Virus record (IMG/VR): IMGVR_UViG_3300010282_000004
Coordinates: 64,001-128,000 of that record
Reading direction: 5' to 3' (one strand)
Length of the DNA stretch: 64,000 nucleotides
Origin: a virus
Lineage: Duplodnaviria; Caudoviricetes
Positions 39,567 through 52,415 of this stretch are shown one piece after another. The notes beneath the pieces were generated by a model that saw only the letters and a list, made by a program, of their open reading frames with translations, ran no database searches and was not told where the DNA came from. Positions within the stretch are counted from its first letter, which is position 1. The number at the start of each line of letters is the position of its first letter. The translations under genes were made by a program, and so were the position numbers.

Positions 39567-39717
39567 TAATCCGATTCAACTCGTTTCTAATGTCTTCAAG
39601 TTCCTCAGATATTAACTGTAGTTCTGTTAGGTGCTTGAGGTATGTCAGTGAAAGCATTGGAGCTATCACCAATACAATAACCAACAAACCGAAAGCACAA
39701 GCTGCAATCACTTCCAT
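39535..39717 (-). CDS. Small membrane protein
   Basis: N-terminal TM segment; AAGGAG RBS. Confidence 0.55.
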   Translation of the reverse strand: MEVIAACAFGLLVIVLVIAPMLSLTYLKHLTELQLISEELEDIRNELNRINEREDANEGN

Positions 39718-39757
39718 TTTGCTATTCTCCTTTTTAATTGACGTGCATTAATTATTT

Positions 39758-41793
39758 TTAAATTCCTTCATTCACACTTCTTTCCAAACATTTCTTGAAT
39801 GCATCATATGCAATCTCAATACCTCTAAGTTCATCATTGTTATTAATCCCGGTGCTACTGAACCTCCCACGACTAAAGTCGTAGGGTTCTCGTTTCACAT
39901 ATTTCGTAACCTACTTTCTCCACGAGCAGATGCGATAGTTCCTACCGCCATAAATATGTTAATTAAACAATTTTTAAACCTTCATTTAGTATATTCGTTG
40001 CAGCATTAACATCTCTGTCATGATGAGTACCACAATTAGGACATATCCATTCACGAACACCTAAATCTTTTGTTTCCTTATTTATATATCCACAACAACT
40101 ACAAGTTTGAGAACTTGCATACCATTTGTTTATCTTAACTACTTTCTTTCCGTACCAATCTGCCTTGTACTGAAGTTGTCTTGTAAACTCATACCATGAT
40201 ACATCTGAGATTGACTTAGCGAGTTTATGATTCTTGACCATATTACTTACTTGTAAATCTTCAAGGCAGATAATATCATTCTCCTTAATTAAGTTTGTTG
40301 ACAACTTCTGTAAGTAGTCTTTTCTTTGGTTCGCAATATGTTCATGTATCATAGCCACTTTAATTCTTGCTTTGTTATAACGATTACTGCCTATTGTTTT
40401 TCTAGACAATTCTCTTTGTAACTTAACAAGTTTGTTAAATGACTTCTGTAAATACTTAGGATTTTCATATTTCGTACCATCAGATGATATGGCAAAATCT
40501 TTTATTCCTAAATCCAATCCAACACTTTTACCAATTTTAGGTAATTGTTCAATCTCAACATCTGTACAACAGATAGAACAATAATACTTGCCAGATGGTT
40601 CTTGAGATATAGTTGCATTCACGATTCTTCCTTGAGGAATATGTTTATCTCTTGTTTTAACATATCCAAGTTTAGGTAATTTAATTGCTTTACCTAAAAA
40701 TTGTATGTTATTATTTATATAAGAGGTTCTATAAGAGTATCTATGAGTTTTCTTTGACTTAAACTTTGGATATCCAAATCCACTCTTAAAGAAATTTTTA
40801 TATGCCTGTTCCAAGTCTTTTAAAGTGTTTTGTAATGCACATTTATCAGAAATCTGAAGCCATTCATGTTCTTTCTTTAATGAAGTGAGATCCTTACTAC
40901 ATTGGTTATATCCAAAATTTTCTTTTGTCTCTTCATAGATTTCTATTCTTTTAGCCAAATAGTAGTTATACACAAATCTGCAATTACCAAATGTTTGTGC
41001 TAAAAGTGCTTTTTGTTTTTTGTTAGGATATATACGATATTTATATGCTTTTTCCATATCAATCCAACTTTCTACAAAAATAACAGACTGTTTGTTACAA
41101 TATGTTATTCCACGTTTTTTCAAAAACTTTTTCAAAAAAAAACGAAAAAAGTTGAATTTAATTAACATATTTATGGTGGCTGATACTATTGCATCAACCT
41201 ACAACTTTAACCATTTTAGAGGTTGTCGTTCTTTTACGATTCGCTATTTCGTAAACAGTTCTCTAAGGAACACCCCTTACTTTTCAGTAAGGCACAGACT
41301 ATATCTTATCCATGTGTAGTAAAAACTACATTTAGGCGAAACCACTTCGGCATGCTTATGCCTACTCCCCTCAGGAGGGATAGTCGTTGAACGTTCTCCT
41401 ATTCGGAGCTTCGCTGCTGATTACCAATTTTTGTAGAAAGCACTTAGGATTTAACCATATGCCATATAATTACTTTTTTCTGCTTTCGCAACATTCACAC
41501 TTAGGCTTATTTCATCCTTATGTTGTAGTGTAATTATCTTTAAGGTATTCCAGCAATTCAGTTTCTTTATTGGACGATTTCTCGCCACTATGCACAGATT
41601 TCTCTATGCACTAACTATTGTTTTGTCTAACTCATGACTAAAGTCACGAGTGTGCGACAAAATTTCTAATCAAATCAATTTCCTTTGTTACATCTGACAG
41701 AAGTTTGATACAATACTTCTGATTTGATAGCTTACAATACTTTTCAAGTAATGCCTTGAATTCATCAACATCTACTTCATTTTTGTTCAACAT
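39758..41793 (-). CDS. 74-aa hypothetical gene interrupted by the IStron (exons 41669-41793 and 39758-39857)
   Basis: Join gives ...[38 protein letters not shown] in frame; AAGGGAG RBS. Confidence 0.75.
39858..41668 (-). mobile_element. IStron: group I intron fused to a non-autonomous IS200/IS605 element (tnpB only)
   Basis: Inserted after TTGAT and ends TTCAG; subterminal hairpins CTCGTGACTTTAGTCATGAG and CCTACGACTTTAGTCGTGGG; group I core AATTGCTGGAA / AATCAGCAG / GTTCAACGACTA / AAGATATAGTC at 41285-41565. Confidence 0.88.
39963..41057 (-). CDS. tnpB: TnpB RNA-guided endonuclease
   Basis: KAYKYRIYP start, RuvC GLDLG / LEDL / DRDVNAA, Zn finger. Confidence 0.95.
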   Translation of the reverse strand: MEKAYKYRIYPNKKQKALLAQTFGNCRFVYNYYLAKRIEIYEETKENFGYNQCSKDLTSLKKEHEWLQISDKCALQNTLKDLEQAYKNFFKSGFGYPKFKSKKTHRYSYRTSYINNNIQFLGKAIKLPKLGYVKTRDKHIPQGRIVNATISQEPSGKYYCSICCTDVEIEQLPKIGKSVGLDLGIKDFAISSDGTKYENPKYLQKSFNKLVKLQRELSRKTIGSNRYNKARIKVAMIHEHIANQRKDYLQKLSTNLIKENDIICLEDLQVSNMVKNHKLAKSISDVSWYEFTRQLQYKADWYGKKVVKINKWYASSQTCSCCGYINKETKDLGVREWICPNCGTHHDRDVNAATNILNEGLKIV

Positions 41794-41806
41794 ATTATTC
41801 TCCCTT

Positions 41807-42133
41807 CTAAATGTAAGCCAACCATTTATCCTTTTGATCAATCTTGATTCCAAATTTTCTTCTTACTCTTTTACGTTTTCTTGTATTCTTTGGTTCATAT
41901 TCGTAATAATTGCCCTTGTCCACACTCCATTTGAGAACCTTATGTCCCCTTTTAATATCTGGTATGAAACCATCAAAGACATCACTATAACATTGTTCAA
42001 CTGTATACCCACATCTATTACAATATCCATGTCTTTCTACTATTCCATAACATTCTTCAGCATAGTGTTTGTACCTGTATTTATCTGAATTACAAATTGG
42101 ACATCTATTTGTCTTTGCCAACATCTTCGTCAT
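41807..42133 (-). CDS. Zn-finger hypothetical protein
   Basis: CPIC...CNRC; RBS. Confidence 0.55.
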   Translation of the reverse strand: MTKMLAKTNRCPICNSDKYRYKHYAEECYGIVERHGYCNRCGYTVEQCYSDVFDGFIPDIKRGHKVLKWSVDKGNYYEYEPKNTRKRKRVRRKFGIKIDQKDKWLAYI

Positions 42134-42354
42134 CCTCACTATCTCCACCTGCCAACAAAGCACCAAGAAATACTCCACATCCAAATGCACATAAACACTT
42201 CAAAGCTACTTCATAAACTGCAAGTCCCATGTTTTACAACTCTCCTTTCTTTTTAATAGAAAACTTTCTAAGATATTATTCTCTAAAAATAAAAAAAACA
42301 GATCACAATTTTTAAATTGTAACCTGTTTTTGTTTACAAATTAAATTATTTATT

Positions 42355-42543
42355 TTACCTATAACAATAAGCCTTATTTCCACATGTTGGGCAAGTACAT
42401 TCTGCCACAATTCCATCGTGCATATAGGCCATCTGATCTGCTGCTTTATACTCTCCGTATTCTGCAATGAAAACACAGCCACACTTATTACATTCGAATT
42501 TTCTTTCAATTAATTTAGTTTCACCCGGTTTAATAATCTTCAT
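42355..42543 (-). CDS. Small Zn-ribbon phage protein
   Basis: MKIIKPG...FECNKCGCVF...CPTCG. Confidence 0.65.
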   Translation of the reverse strand: MKIIKPGETKLIERKFECNKCGCVFIAEYGEYKAADQMAYMHDGIVAECTCPTCGNKAYCYR

Positions 42544-42547
42544 AACC

Positions 42548-42754
42548 TTACGTCCTTCCTGTTATAAACACAACAAAACTGTAACACGACAACACAATAA
42601 TATGACTGATCGCACAAACCTTAGAATACGTTTTAAGTTCAATCCAAATGTGTGTAAAGAAATAACTCTCTGATGTATTAATTAAATCTTTAATAGATGC
42701 AATCAGCCATATCATATAAATAATTCCAACTACAATTATAAGTATGTATCTCAT
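42548..42754 (-). CDS. Small membrane protein
   Basis: Two TM segments. Confidence 0.5.
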   Translation of the reverse strand: MRYILIIVVGIIYMIWLIASIKDLINTSESYFFTHIWIELKTYSKVCAISHIIVLSCYSFVVFITGRT

Positions 42755-43060
42755 TTAATTATCCTCATTATCACTCTCATCATCTTCATTACAAAAAATA
42801 TTATTAGAATAAGGCTTAACATCTGCCCAGGCAGAAACACCTGTCATCTCCATGTTATAAAATGGAGTTTCAATATACCATCCCGGTCTTTTTTTAAATT
42901 TAAAATTATATTCATCGACTTCATATAGATTTTTTGAAAAATAATATAGTTCAATAGATGTATCTTTATCACATCCAACTGTTACAAGATATCTGCCATC
43001 CTTATCTGGAAGGCTTTCCGAAACAAGATGCCAATTAATTTCATTCTTCATCATCTTCAT
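42755..43060 (-). CDS. DUF551-like phage protein
   Basis: WHLVSESLP...YLVT...VSAW. Confidence 0.65.
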   Translation of the reverse strand: MKMMKNEINWHLVSESLPDKDGRYLVTVGCDKDTSIELYYFSKNLYEVDEYNFKFKKRPGWYIETPFYNMEMTGVSAWADVKPYSNNIFCNEDDESDNEDN

Positions 43061-43435
43061 CTATCTCCTCATCTTCATTATCGCAATCATACTCATCCCT
43101 ATCATCAGGATCGTAATCATCATGGTCATCCATATAGGGTCTTTCAGTTAAATTAAACCAATTAATTAACTCCCATCTGTCAATAAGTCCGTGATTGTAT
43201 TCAGCATAAGCACTCATTCTTTAACCTCACTTTCCTGTGATTTAATTTCTGTCTTATATGGGCATTCTTTCTCGTCACAACACCATTCCCACCATATATC
43301 CTCTATATATGAATTTTCACACGATAAACATGGTTCATCTATTAAACCTTCCTCATCCAAAAACATACGGGCCATTATTCCTCATCTCCTCTATATTCCC
43401 AAAATATACACTCACTTCCATCTTCGTAATTCAAC

Positions 43436-44722
43436 TTGAACCTCTCATGACTAAAGCCACGAGATTCTTGGGAACAGTAGACCAACGTCCACTTATTAAC
43501 CAAGCTAACCCGGCAGTTCCTGCCGTTATATTTTTAACTCTAAGTTACATTCAATATTCTTAATCCTTCGTTTAGAATATTTATTGCTGCATTTACATCT
43601 CTATCATGATGTGTATTGCAACAAGGGCAAACCCATTCCCTTACAGAAAGATCTTTTGTATCCTTGTTTACATATCCACATACATTACATGTCTGAGAAC
43701 TTGCAAAGAACTTATCTACTTTTACAACCTGTTTGCCATACCAATTTGCTTTATATTCAAGTTGCCTTACAAATTCTGACCATGATACATCTGAAATAGA
43801 TTGTGCGAGTTTATGATTTTGAATCATATTTTTTATTTGTAAATCTTCAATGCAGACAACATCATTGTATTTTATAATGTTTGTGGACAATTTATGTAAA
43901 AAGTCCTTTCTTTGATTTGCTATATGTTCTTGTAATCTTGCCACATTTATTCTTGCTTTATTACGGTTTGAACCACCTTTTGTTTTTCGAGATAATTCTC
44001 TCTGTAATTTAACAAGTTTTTTAAGTGATTGCTTTAAGTAATGAGGATTAGGTATTGACTTCCCATCACTTGTAATACAAAATTCCTTTATTCCTAAATC
44101 AATACCTATTTCACTATTTGTTTTAGGCAATGGCTTATTGTCTACATCAGTACAACATAATGAAACGTAATACTTGCCATTCGGTTCTTGAGATATTGTT
44201 GCACTAAGTATTCTTCCCTGTTGGATCAACTTGTTTTTTGTTTTTACCATCCCTAATTTAGGTAATTTAATATACTTATAACAATATTCTATGTTGTTAT
44301 TATTACATTTACTTTTATAAGAAAACTTGTGAGTTTTCTTGGTTTTAAACTTAGGGTAACCGGTATGCTCTTTAAAGAATTTTTGATAAGCATTATCTAA
44401 ATCTTTAAGTGATGATTGCAATGCAGTAGCATCAACTTCTTTAAGCCATTCAAGTTCTTTTTTAAGTTGTGTTAAATCACTTGAACATTGATTGTATGTA
44501 TAAGATTCTTTATTACTTTTATATCTTTCAATACGTTCTGCAAGATATTTATTGTATACAAATCTACAACAACCAAACGTTTTGGCTATTAAAACCTTTT
44601 GATTTTTATTTGGATATATTCTATATTTATATGCTTTCTCCACATTGCCACCTCACTTTCTTTTAATATTTATTGTGCCAATTCATTCCATGACTGAAGT
44701 CACGGGTGTTCTTGGTCTATTT
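43436..44722 (-). mobile_element. Non-autonomous IS200/IS605-family element (tnpB only)
   Basis: Hairpins CCCGTGACTTCAGTCATGG and CTCGTGGCTTTAGTCATGAG; right end TTCAA; left end after TTTAT (exact junction uncertain by a few nt). Confidence 0.8.
43540..44643 (-). CDS. tnpB: TnpB RNA-guided endonuclease
   Basis: RuvC GIDLG / IEDL / DRDVNAA intact; Zn finger. Confidence 0.95.
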   Translation of the reverse strand: MEKAYKYRIYPNKNQKVLIAKTFGCCRFVYNKYLAERIERYKSNKESYTYNQCSSDLTQLKKELEWLKEVDATALQSSLKDLDNAYQKFFKEHTGYPKFKTKKTHKFSYKSKCNNNNIEYCYKYIKLPKLGMVKTKNKLIQQGRILSATISQEPNGKYYVSLCCTDVDNKPLPKTNSEIGIDLGIKEFCITSDGKSIPNPHYLKQSLKKLVKLQRELSRKTKGGSNRNKARINVARLQEHIANQRKDFLHKLSTNIIKYNDVVCIEDLQIKNMIQNHKLAQSISDVSWSEFVRQLEYKANWYGKQVVKVDKFFASSQTCNVCGYVNKDTKDLSVREWVCPCCNTHHDRDVNAAINILNEGLRILNVT

Positions 44723-44738
44723 ATAAACCTTCATAATA

Positions 44739-47700
44739 TTATTCTCCAATCTTTTCTTCATGTTCTTTATATAACCAATCAATCAACATATCATAACAAC
44801 TCTTACCAATATTTTCTGTGGTAAAACACTGCTGATGGTACGACTCAATTGGGCAACCACTACAATCCATTGAACTGTGTAACTTTGCCAACTTCTCAGG
44901 TGTCATAATTGACATAACATATTCGTAGTTAGTCATTCGATTCATCCTCTTTCCCAATAATCTGGTCTTCCCAAACTTCTTCTTGATTATCATAACCGAC
45001 CTTTACTCTGTATCTAATACCTTTGCGAGTAATTGTTATCATAGAGATAGTACCGGTTGCAACACCGTAGTAGCAATTACACAACACTGTATCATCTAAA
45101 TTATATTTAGTTGTCATTACTATTCCTCCTGAAATCTTTTATTTATTTCTATTTCTTTCTCTTCCAGAATCTCTTTGATAAATTCTATTTCAGTTTCTGA
45201 AAGTTTTACTAATGCAATCCTATCTTCAGATCCGTTTATAGCATCTTCTAAGGCAATGATCAGGTTGCTTAATGCATCCTTGTATGCTTGTGAGATATCA
45301 TCATAACAAGGCCTTGTATCTAGTAAACTAAAATCATTCATGCCTATACCTCACTTTCCTGTGGCTCTATATCTTCAATTTCCACCGCAGTTCTTACAGC
45401 CATAAGCAAACATTCTAGCATTCGTTTGCCTTCGTCTGACAGATACTTTTCGATACACTCAGCACACATTTCGTATCCGTCAAGATAAGCTTTCTGTTCG
45501 CCTTTTGTTCGTAATGTCATTCCTTATCCTCACTTTCTGACTTACTGTGACAAAATTCATACGCAGGGCATTCTTCTACGCACTCTTCATATTCCATACA
45601 CACTTCATTAAGAGTGGGTCTATTATCTTCCAAATACGCTTCCATTTATTCCTCACTTTCTTCCTTTGGTTGCCACTTGTCATTCCAAGAACAACATCCA
45701 CCACATTCATCATCCATTGTTGTTGTGTCATAGCCATTTTCATAATTCCTTCCAAACTTGCAAGTGTTACATTCATGTGGTTCTACACCTTTTTCCTCAT
45801 CAGATTCAATAAGTGGCTCTCCGTTAGCAATGATACTTTCAAACCTTGACAAATCCCTAGGAAAATTTTCTTTTCTTTTTAATGCAATCTTGTATTCTCT
45901 TTCATCAATATCAATCACTAATTTCATTCTTATCCTCACTTTCTGCCTTGTACTACTTATTAAACACTTGCTTTAATGAAAAATTCATTGTTCCATATTT
46001 ACTTTTTTTCAAATATTGATATCCATATTCAACTAAAGCACCAATCAATGTGGAACAATAATAATGAAAAGGCTGACCTTGGCAACAAACAATTACATCG
46101 AACTTTGGATTTTTACATTTTCTTTTTGTCATCCCTATTCCTCACTTTCCTGTGGATCAACCATCATCGCATTGCAATTCGGACAATAATTAATAAATTG
46201 GCTTGAATGTGGGTCATATTCTTTGCTACATTCAGAACATTTACAATGTGGTATGTTTTCCGTGTACCACTCATGTTCTTTTTGTTCATACCACCTTACC
46301 CAATGCCCTATCTTCTGCGGATTGACGGAAGGTAAAACCTCATAACATTCTTTCAGCAACTCTTTATAGTTTTCGACTGTTCTATCCTCGTCAAGAACAT
46401 TATCCATATCATCCAATGTTTCAATCACCGCTTTTCTGCTCACTGCATCTTCGCAAGGCTCTTGCTCTAATGCTTTGATTGCCATTTCCATAGATTCTAA
46501 ATCTTTTTCATCATCTTCGCTTATGTGCTTGGAATCAAAATAAAATGCTCTCATTTCTTGCAATGTATTTGTTAACCTATTTAATGCCTCTTCCCTTGTA
46601 ATCATTCCACATCACCCCCATACAACAACAAATTGTCTATTGCGATCAGAAATTCGTCTAATGTCATATAATCGTGACCAATTATTTTCTTCTTTAATGC
46701 CCTAAGATATGGCTTAATAACTTTCTTTTCTGTAATAGTTGTCATTGAATCTATTGCCTGCTTTATATCCTTGCCAGAGTATATACATTCATCCGTTTCT
46801 AAATTGAAAACATATTGTATATGTGACTTGTCTATGAATTCTTTGTTTGTCATTCCCTATCTCCTTCCATTCAATTATTTTCCAAAATATACCCAAAATT
46901 TATAATTAGAAATTTTAAGAACCTCAGATTTAAGTTCTTTTATTTTATTGTTGTTGCTGACATATATCTCGATTTCATTTGATACTAGAATATCAGCACC
47001 AAGTTCAGGATATAAAGACACCAATGTGAATGCATCATCATCTGGACTTACTTTGACGACTATATCCTTCTCATATTCCATATATTTATTTACTGTGTTT
47101 GACACCCTTTCTTCAATCAATGCGTTCTCTTCTTCATACATGGCGATCTGTGCCGGAATAACATATTTGCATTGGTGGATCATATATGAGTTATATCCAA
47201 ATATAAATAGTGCAATCATTACCATTGCTAGTGGTAGTAATGTAATATCACCATCCCAACCTGCCGCTGCAAAGAATATAAACAAAGCAACACTTATAAC
47301 AAATATCAATATAGCCATAATTATTTTTCTCCTTTCAATGCCTTATCCATTTTATGTTCTTCAATAATTTCTTTCAAAAATTTACAACAGTCTTCACAAA
47401 CATTTCCATGAATATCATTTCCAAATCCATTTTTTGATTCAATAATATTTCCACATATACAACATGGAATTCCTATTTTAAAGTTTGCTATTTCATCTAT
47501 ATTCATTCTTAAAGTACCCATATCTAGTCCCCACTTTCTGCCTTGTATTTGTCGATAATATCGATAATAACTTCAAGTATAATATCCTTGCTTACCATAT
47601 TGAACAATAGATTGTTTTTTGTTTCCTTTATCTCGGATCTTATCTCGTCAAGTATACCTGTTTTTGTCTTCTGAGGATTGACTGATGGTAAACAATCCTC

Positions 47701-50700
47701 AACAAATTCTGTTACAGTCATATCTGGAGCATGAAATCCATAATAAATCATTTGCTCTTTTACTGACTGTCTACTCACTGCATCTTCGCATGTCTCTTTT
47801 ACTGAAGGTTTGGCAGCTGCAACTCCGTCTTTATATCCAGTGTGATATATCTCAGCTACCAATTTATTTTTATCCTCGTCAAATATAATTCTTGCCATTA
47901 TTCCTTATACCTCACTTTCTACTTTGTACTTGTCTAAAATATCAATGCACCTTTCCATCCCGTATCTGAAATCATCTTGTGGAATACTGTCTAAAACATC
48001 TTCACAATCCTGTCCTAAATACTCTACTTTGTATCTTTCAAAATCAGCATAAGCACATTCTTTTTCCTCAAGTATTTCTGCTCTTATCTTATCAAGAACA
48101 TCTTCCTTCTCTAATGCTTTGATTGCCATGTCATAAAATGATTTTTCTATGAGTGTGGCTATGTATTCATTAGAATTTTTAGGACAATTTTTTAAATGAT
48201 TATCACAAAAAATCCTACGACGAAGCTTAAAAAATCCTATCGCCAATCCTCTTTCTTCTCTTGTCATTCTTCTGTACCTTCTTCCATTCTCACTACCGAA
48301 AATGTTACTTCCGTATTAAGTTTTAGATTCAAATGAGGAAATTCCAATATAAACGATAAACAATCCGTATTATCATTAGCGCATATATCTAACAGATTAG
48401 CCATATCTTTCATGAAACCCTCACTAAATTCATAATCTATTTCTTTACGTTCAAATTCTTCGTTCATTCTGCACCTTCTTTCGGTTCAAACTTTGGTTTG
48501 TAAATATAAATCAAATCAAAATCTTCAATATATTCTATTAAAGTCGCATCTTCATGTTCCGTTCTATGTTCTGTTCTAACAAACACATCTGCATCTTGTG
48601 GCATTTGTTGTAGTTTATTAATCCATTCTTTTACTGTCATTCCGCACCACCTCTTATCTAAATTTTGTTTAACGTATGCAATCTTTCCAAATCGTAAATA
48701 GAAAAGCAATGACTATTTGTTTCATATACTGTTCCATTGTCTAAGACTATTTTAATGGAATCATCTGGAAATTCATCTATGCTTACTATATGGTTTGGAT
48801 TTACTTGGTGAATAGTTACTTCGTTACCTTCGTATTCATAAAATTTAATCATCATTCTTCTGCACAACCTTTCATCTTCTCTAACACTTCTACTATTTGA
48901 GGGAATGTTCTTCCGGTCTTTTTTAATTTTGTTTTATAGTGATAAGAACAACGTTCACCATTTGAATCGAAACCCATGATATATTCATTTTTAACAATAC
49001 TTGTAATTACAAAAACTCTATCAAGGTAAACAACTTCATCTCCAACCTTAATCTCTTCATCCTTCTTTTTACGTTTCTCATATTCTTTTATCTTAGCTAT
49101 TGCTTCTGATGCGGAATATTTGTTTATTACTTCGCAAGAATATTCATATTCCTCTGGTTCATATTCGCCATCATTGGTACAAATTAATCCACATGACTTT
49201 AAGTTTTCAATAGTCATATCAGCTGCTATCTTCTTGGCGCATTCCCATGCTAAGTTTAACCCACGTTCGTAACTTGCATCTATTAATGTTTTATACATTT
49301 TGCTTGGGTTTTCATTCTCAAGGATTGATATAGCCTGATCAATTACGAACTTAGCACTATCACATGAAATACCGTCTATAAATGTTGCATTAATAATATT
49401 AACTTCTTCAAGACTATTTTTGATTTCCTTTAACATTTCAATACACTCATCACGTCTTTCCATTTTTAATTCTCCTCACATATATTTTTAGTCTTTAAAA
49501 TAATATATTTTGCATTTTCAAAAGCATCTTGATGTTGTTCAGAAATTTCAAGACTAAAGATTCCATCTGATGTTGGGTTTAAAGGCAATTCAAACTCGCC
49601 AATCTTCGTATCTCCTAACATAACATCAAATTTATTTGATAATTTAAATTCATTTAGCATTATTCAATGACCTTTCTTGATTATTATTTTTACATTCATT
49701 TATAAAATCCAAAATGTAATTACAAGCATAGTCACTCTCGCTGCTACTTGGATTCACATCTAGCATAAAGTGACGTATTTCTTTTGCTATTGTATCTAAT
49801 GCATCTATGCATCCTTTTTCATACTGATTTCTGTCATATTGTAAGGCTTTTACCAATTCGTTCTTGTCAATCTCATAACCCATAGCCTGATTTACTTGAT
49901 ACATTACTCTGTCTTCTTCATCAATGACCATTTTAGAGACTATATCTCCAATAACCTTATTAATTGGACTTTCAAACATATTTTATTCCTCACTTTCATT
50001 ATTCATTTCACATTCACACGAAAAATAAAATGTCATATCCTCTGGATATATCCCTTCGTTTTTCATTATTTGAATTTGATTGTAATAAGCCACAAGATCA
50101 TGAATAGAAATCATTGTGTTATTTGCATCTTCAAGTTCCACAATGTCTTCTGAATGCTCTTTGTATTTTATTTTATTTTCTACATTGTTATTCTCCATTA
50201 TTTTTTTACCTACTTTCCACAATATAGTATGTACCCTCAATCAAACCTAAACTGCTCTTCTCACTGAAAGTCCATGTTACCGGGACTTCATCTTCCGTCA
50301 TAGGTCTTGTGAGAATCCAAAGATTATCATCTTTCCAAGTTACTTCTTCTAACTTTTGCCCAGGCTCTAACTCGTACTCAGCAGATCCACCCCAATGCTT
50401 CACTCTTGAATTCTTTGTGCATCCACTTTGCAGAGCCACAACAATAATAAGAATCACTGTAGGGATTAATAATAGCTTTGTTCTGTTTTTGTAGTTCTGT
50501 GTGTTACAATTTTCTTTTGTTTTAATCATTGTTCTATTCTCCTATTTTTTGAAAGTATTCGCTTTACCACCATTCACTTGATGCTTTAATGCAAACTCTA
50601 TATGGTAGATCACTTGTACTTAACGTATCTCTTGCAATAGTAAGAGCTTCTATATCATCATCAATCGGAATATCAATTCCAACTCCGTTTGTTTTACAGA

Positions 50701-51242
50701 TTTTATATGTGTCAATCATTCTGTCAATATGTTCAATAGCTTTCACTCTTGTCATGCTGCTATCATTGTTGATAAGATATTTATTTGATCTATTCTTACT
50801 CATCGCATCAATAGCTTCGTCAATCACTTCAGGAAAGTCTGTGTAACTCTTCAGACTTTCCAACATTTCAGTTTTAGTCATGCCGTTAGGCAATTTATTT
50901 TCCATTCTGTTCATGATTTAATCTCCTCTCACAGTCAAATGCTCCCATCTGATATCCTTCCTTCCAACCATCAGCAAAACATACTGTGTCCCATTCAATC
51001 TTACCTACAATATCTGCACTAACTTCATCATTTGCGGTTTCAAGATTCTTAATATAGCCTTCAAGCCTGTTATTAATCATATCTTTTGCAATAAGTAAAC
51101 CTAAATTCTTCCCCTGATCAAAGTCATCGTAAGGATAGGTCGTTAACCTATCCTCGATTTCCTTCATTGCAATTTGAACAGTGGCAACTAAACCAAGAAA
51201 AACCTTATTATCAATCTTTTCTATTTCCATATTGCTCACCAT
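44739..51242 (-). other. Array of more than 20 tightly packed small hypothetical phage ORFs
   Basis: Contiguous minus-strand ORFs with RBSs and shared peptide modules; includes membrane protein 46875-47318 and lipoprotein-like ORF 50206-50529. Confidence 0.7.
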
Positions 51243-51250
51243 TTCCTTTC

Positions 51251-52390
51251 TTAAGCCACCTTCTCAATCCCAAGGAAATCCTTGAGAAGAGATTCGATGT
51301 GATTAATCTTTGCAACTACAAGACTCTTGTCTTTGGTAGAACGTCTACCTTCCAAATCGTCATAAGACTTTTCACCAATGACAACACTGTGAAGTTCTTC
51401 TACAAATTTAGTCATGAACTCAGCAAAATCATCATCGTTTTTTCCGTACTTCTTATAACGACTGAACACTGAGAACCAAATGAATGATTCCTTATTTGTA
51501 AACAGACCTTCGTTGCTACCGTCAACCAGATCCTCAAGTCTTGTAAGTGTGTCATTCATATCATCAAACTGTTCCAATGTTGCATTGTCACGGATATAAG
51601 CACATGTATCTTCCTGATTAGTCTTCCAATCATCAATAAAGTTTGCTGCCATAATAGACTCACAGATAACTCTATCAATGTTTCCGTTAACACGGCCATT
51701 CTTTCCGTACTCACCACAATCTGTGAAGAAGTCATGATTAGCAAGATCCTTAACTTCCTTTGCAAAATCTTCACCAAGATTGATGATTCCCTTCTGAGTC
51801 TTGTTCATAGGTCTGCCAGCATTATATCTAGCAATGTGATATACAATATCCTCTGAAGGACAATTCATATATAATGTGCAATCAAAACAGTATTCCATGA
51901 TTTTATCCTGAAGTTCTTCAGGCAACTGAGAATATGATTTGTTTGCAATATCAAACTCTCTCCACTCCATTACCGGGATTCTATCCTCATCAACAACATA
52001 GTTTCCGTCTTCGTCCTTTAACTGTGTCTGATAAGAAATAATATTTCTTGTTACTTTCTTTGAAACCTTGAATGCATCATGTACGTAATTGTAAACAGTA
52101 GTACATCTCTGTTTGCCATCAAGATTCCAAATGATATAAGTTCCGTTAACAACCTGTTCAGCCAATACAATTGCAGGAATAGGATTGCCTTGGATAATAT
52201 CAGAGATAAAGTTACCCTTTGTCTTGTTATCCCACTGTTCAGCTTCTCTCTGATTGGGATGATCGAATCTGATAGTCTGCTTGTCAATCTTCTTTATAAT
52301 AGAAGAAACAGAATATTTCTCCATCTTGCTCTTTTCAAATGTCTGTGTGTTGTTATTGTTCATGTTCATGTTTGTGTTTGTGTTTCTCAT
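51251..52390 (-). CDS. DUF262 (GmrS/ParB-like fold) protein
   Basis: QRE..QWD...FI..I..G.PIP...LDGKQR...YN.G. Confidence 0.8.
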   Translation of the reverse strand: MRNTNTNMNMNNNNTQTFEKSKMEKYSVSSIIKKIDKQTIRFDHPNQREAEQWDNKTKGNFISDIIQGNPIPAIVLAEQVVNGTYIIWNLDGKQRCTTVYNYVHDAFKVSKKVTRNIISYQTQLKDEDGNYVVDEDRIPVMEWREFDIANKSYSQLPEELQDKIMEYCFDCTLYMNCPSEDIVYHIARYNAGRPMNKTQKGIINLGEDFAKEVKDLANHDFFTDCGEYGKNGRVNGNIDRVICESIMAANFIDDWKTNQEDTCAYIRDNATLEQFDDMNDTLTRLEDLVDGSNEGLFTNKESFIWFSVFSRYKKYGKNDDDFAEFMTKFVEELHSVVIGEKSYDDLEGRRSTKDKSLVVAKINHIESLLKDFLGIEKVA

Positions 52391-52415
52391 AATTCATTGC
52401 CTCCAAATCTTCTTA

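Noticed and set aside
41058-41168. N-terminal extension of TnpB in the ORF track
   Set aside because: The paralog at 43540-44643 starts at MEKAYKY; the extension is AT-rich promoter and stem sequence
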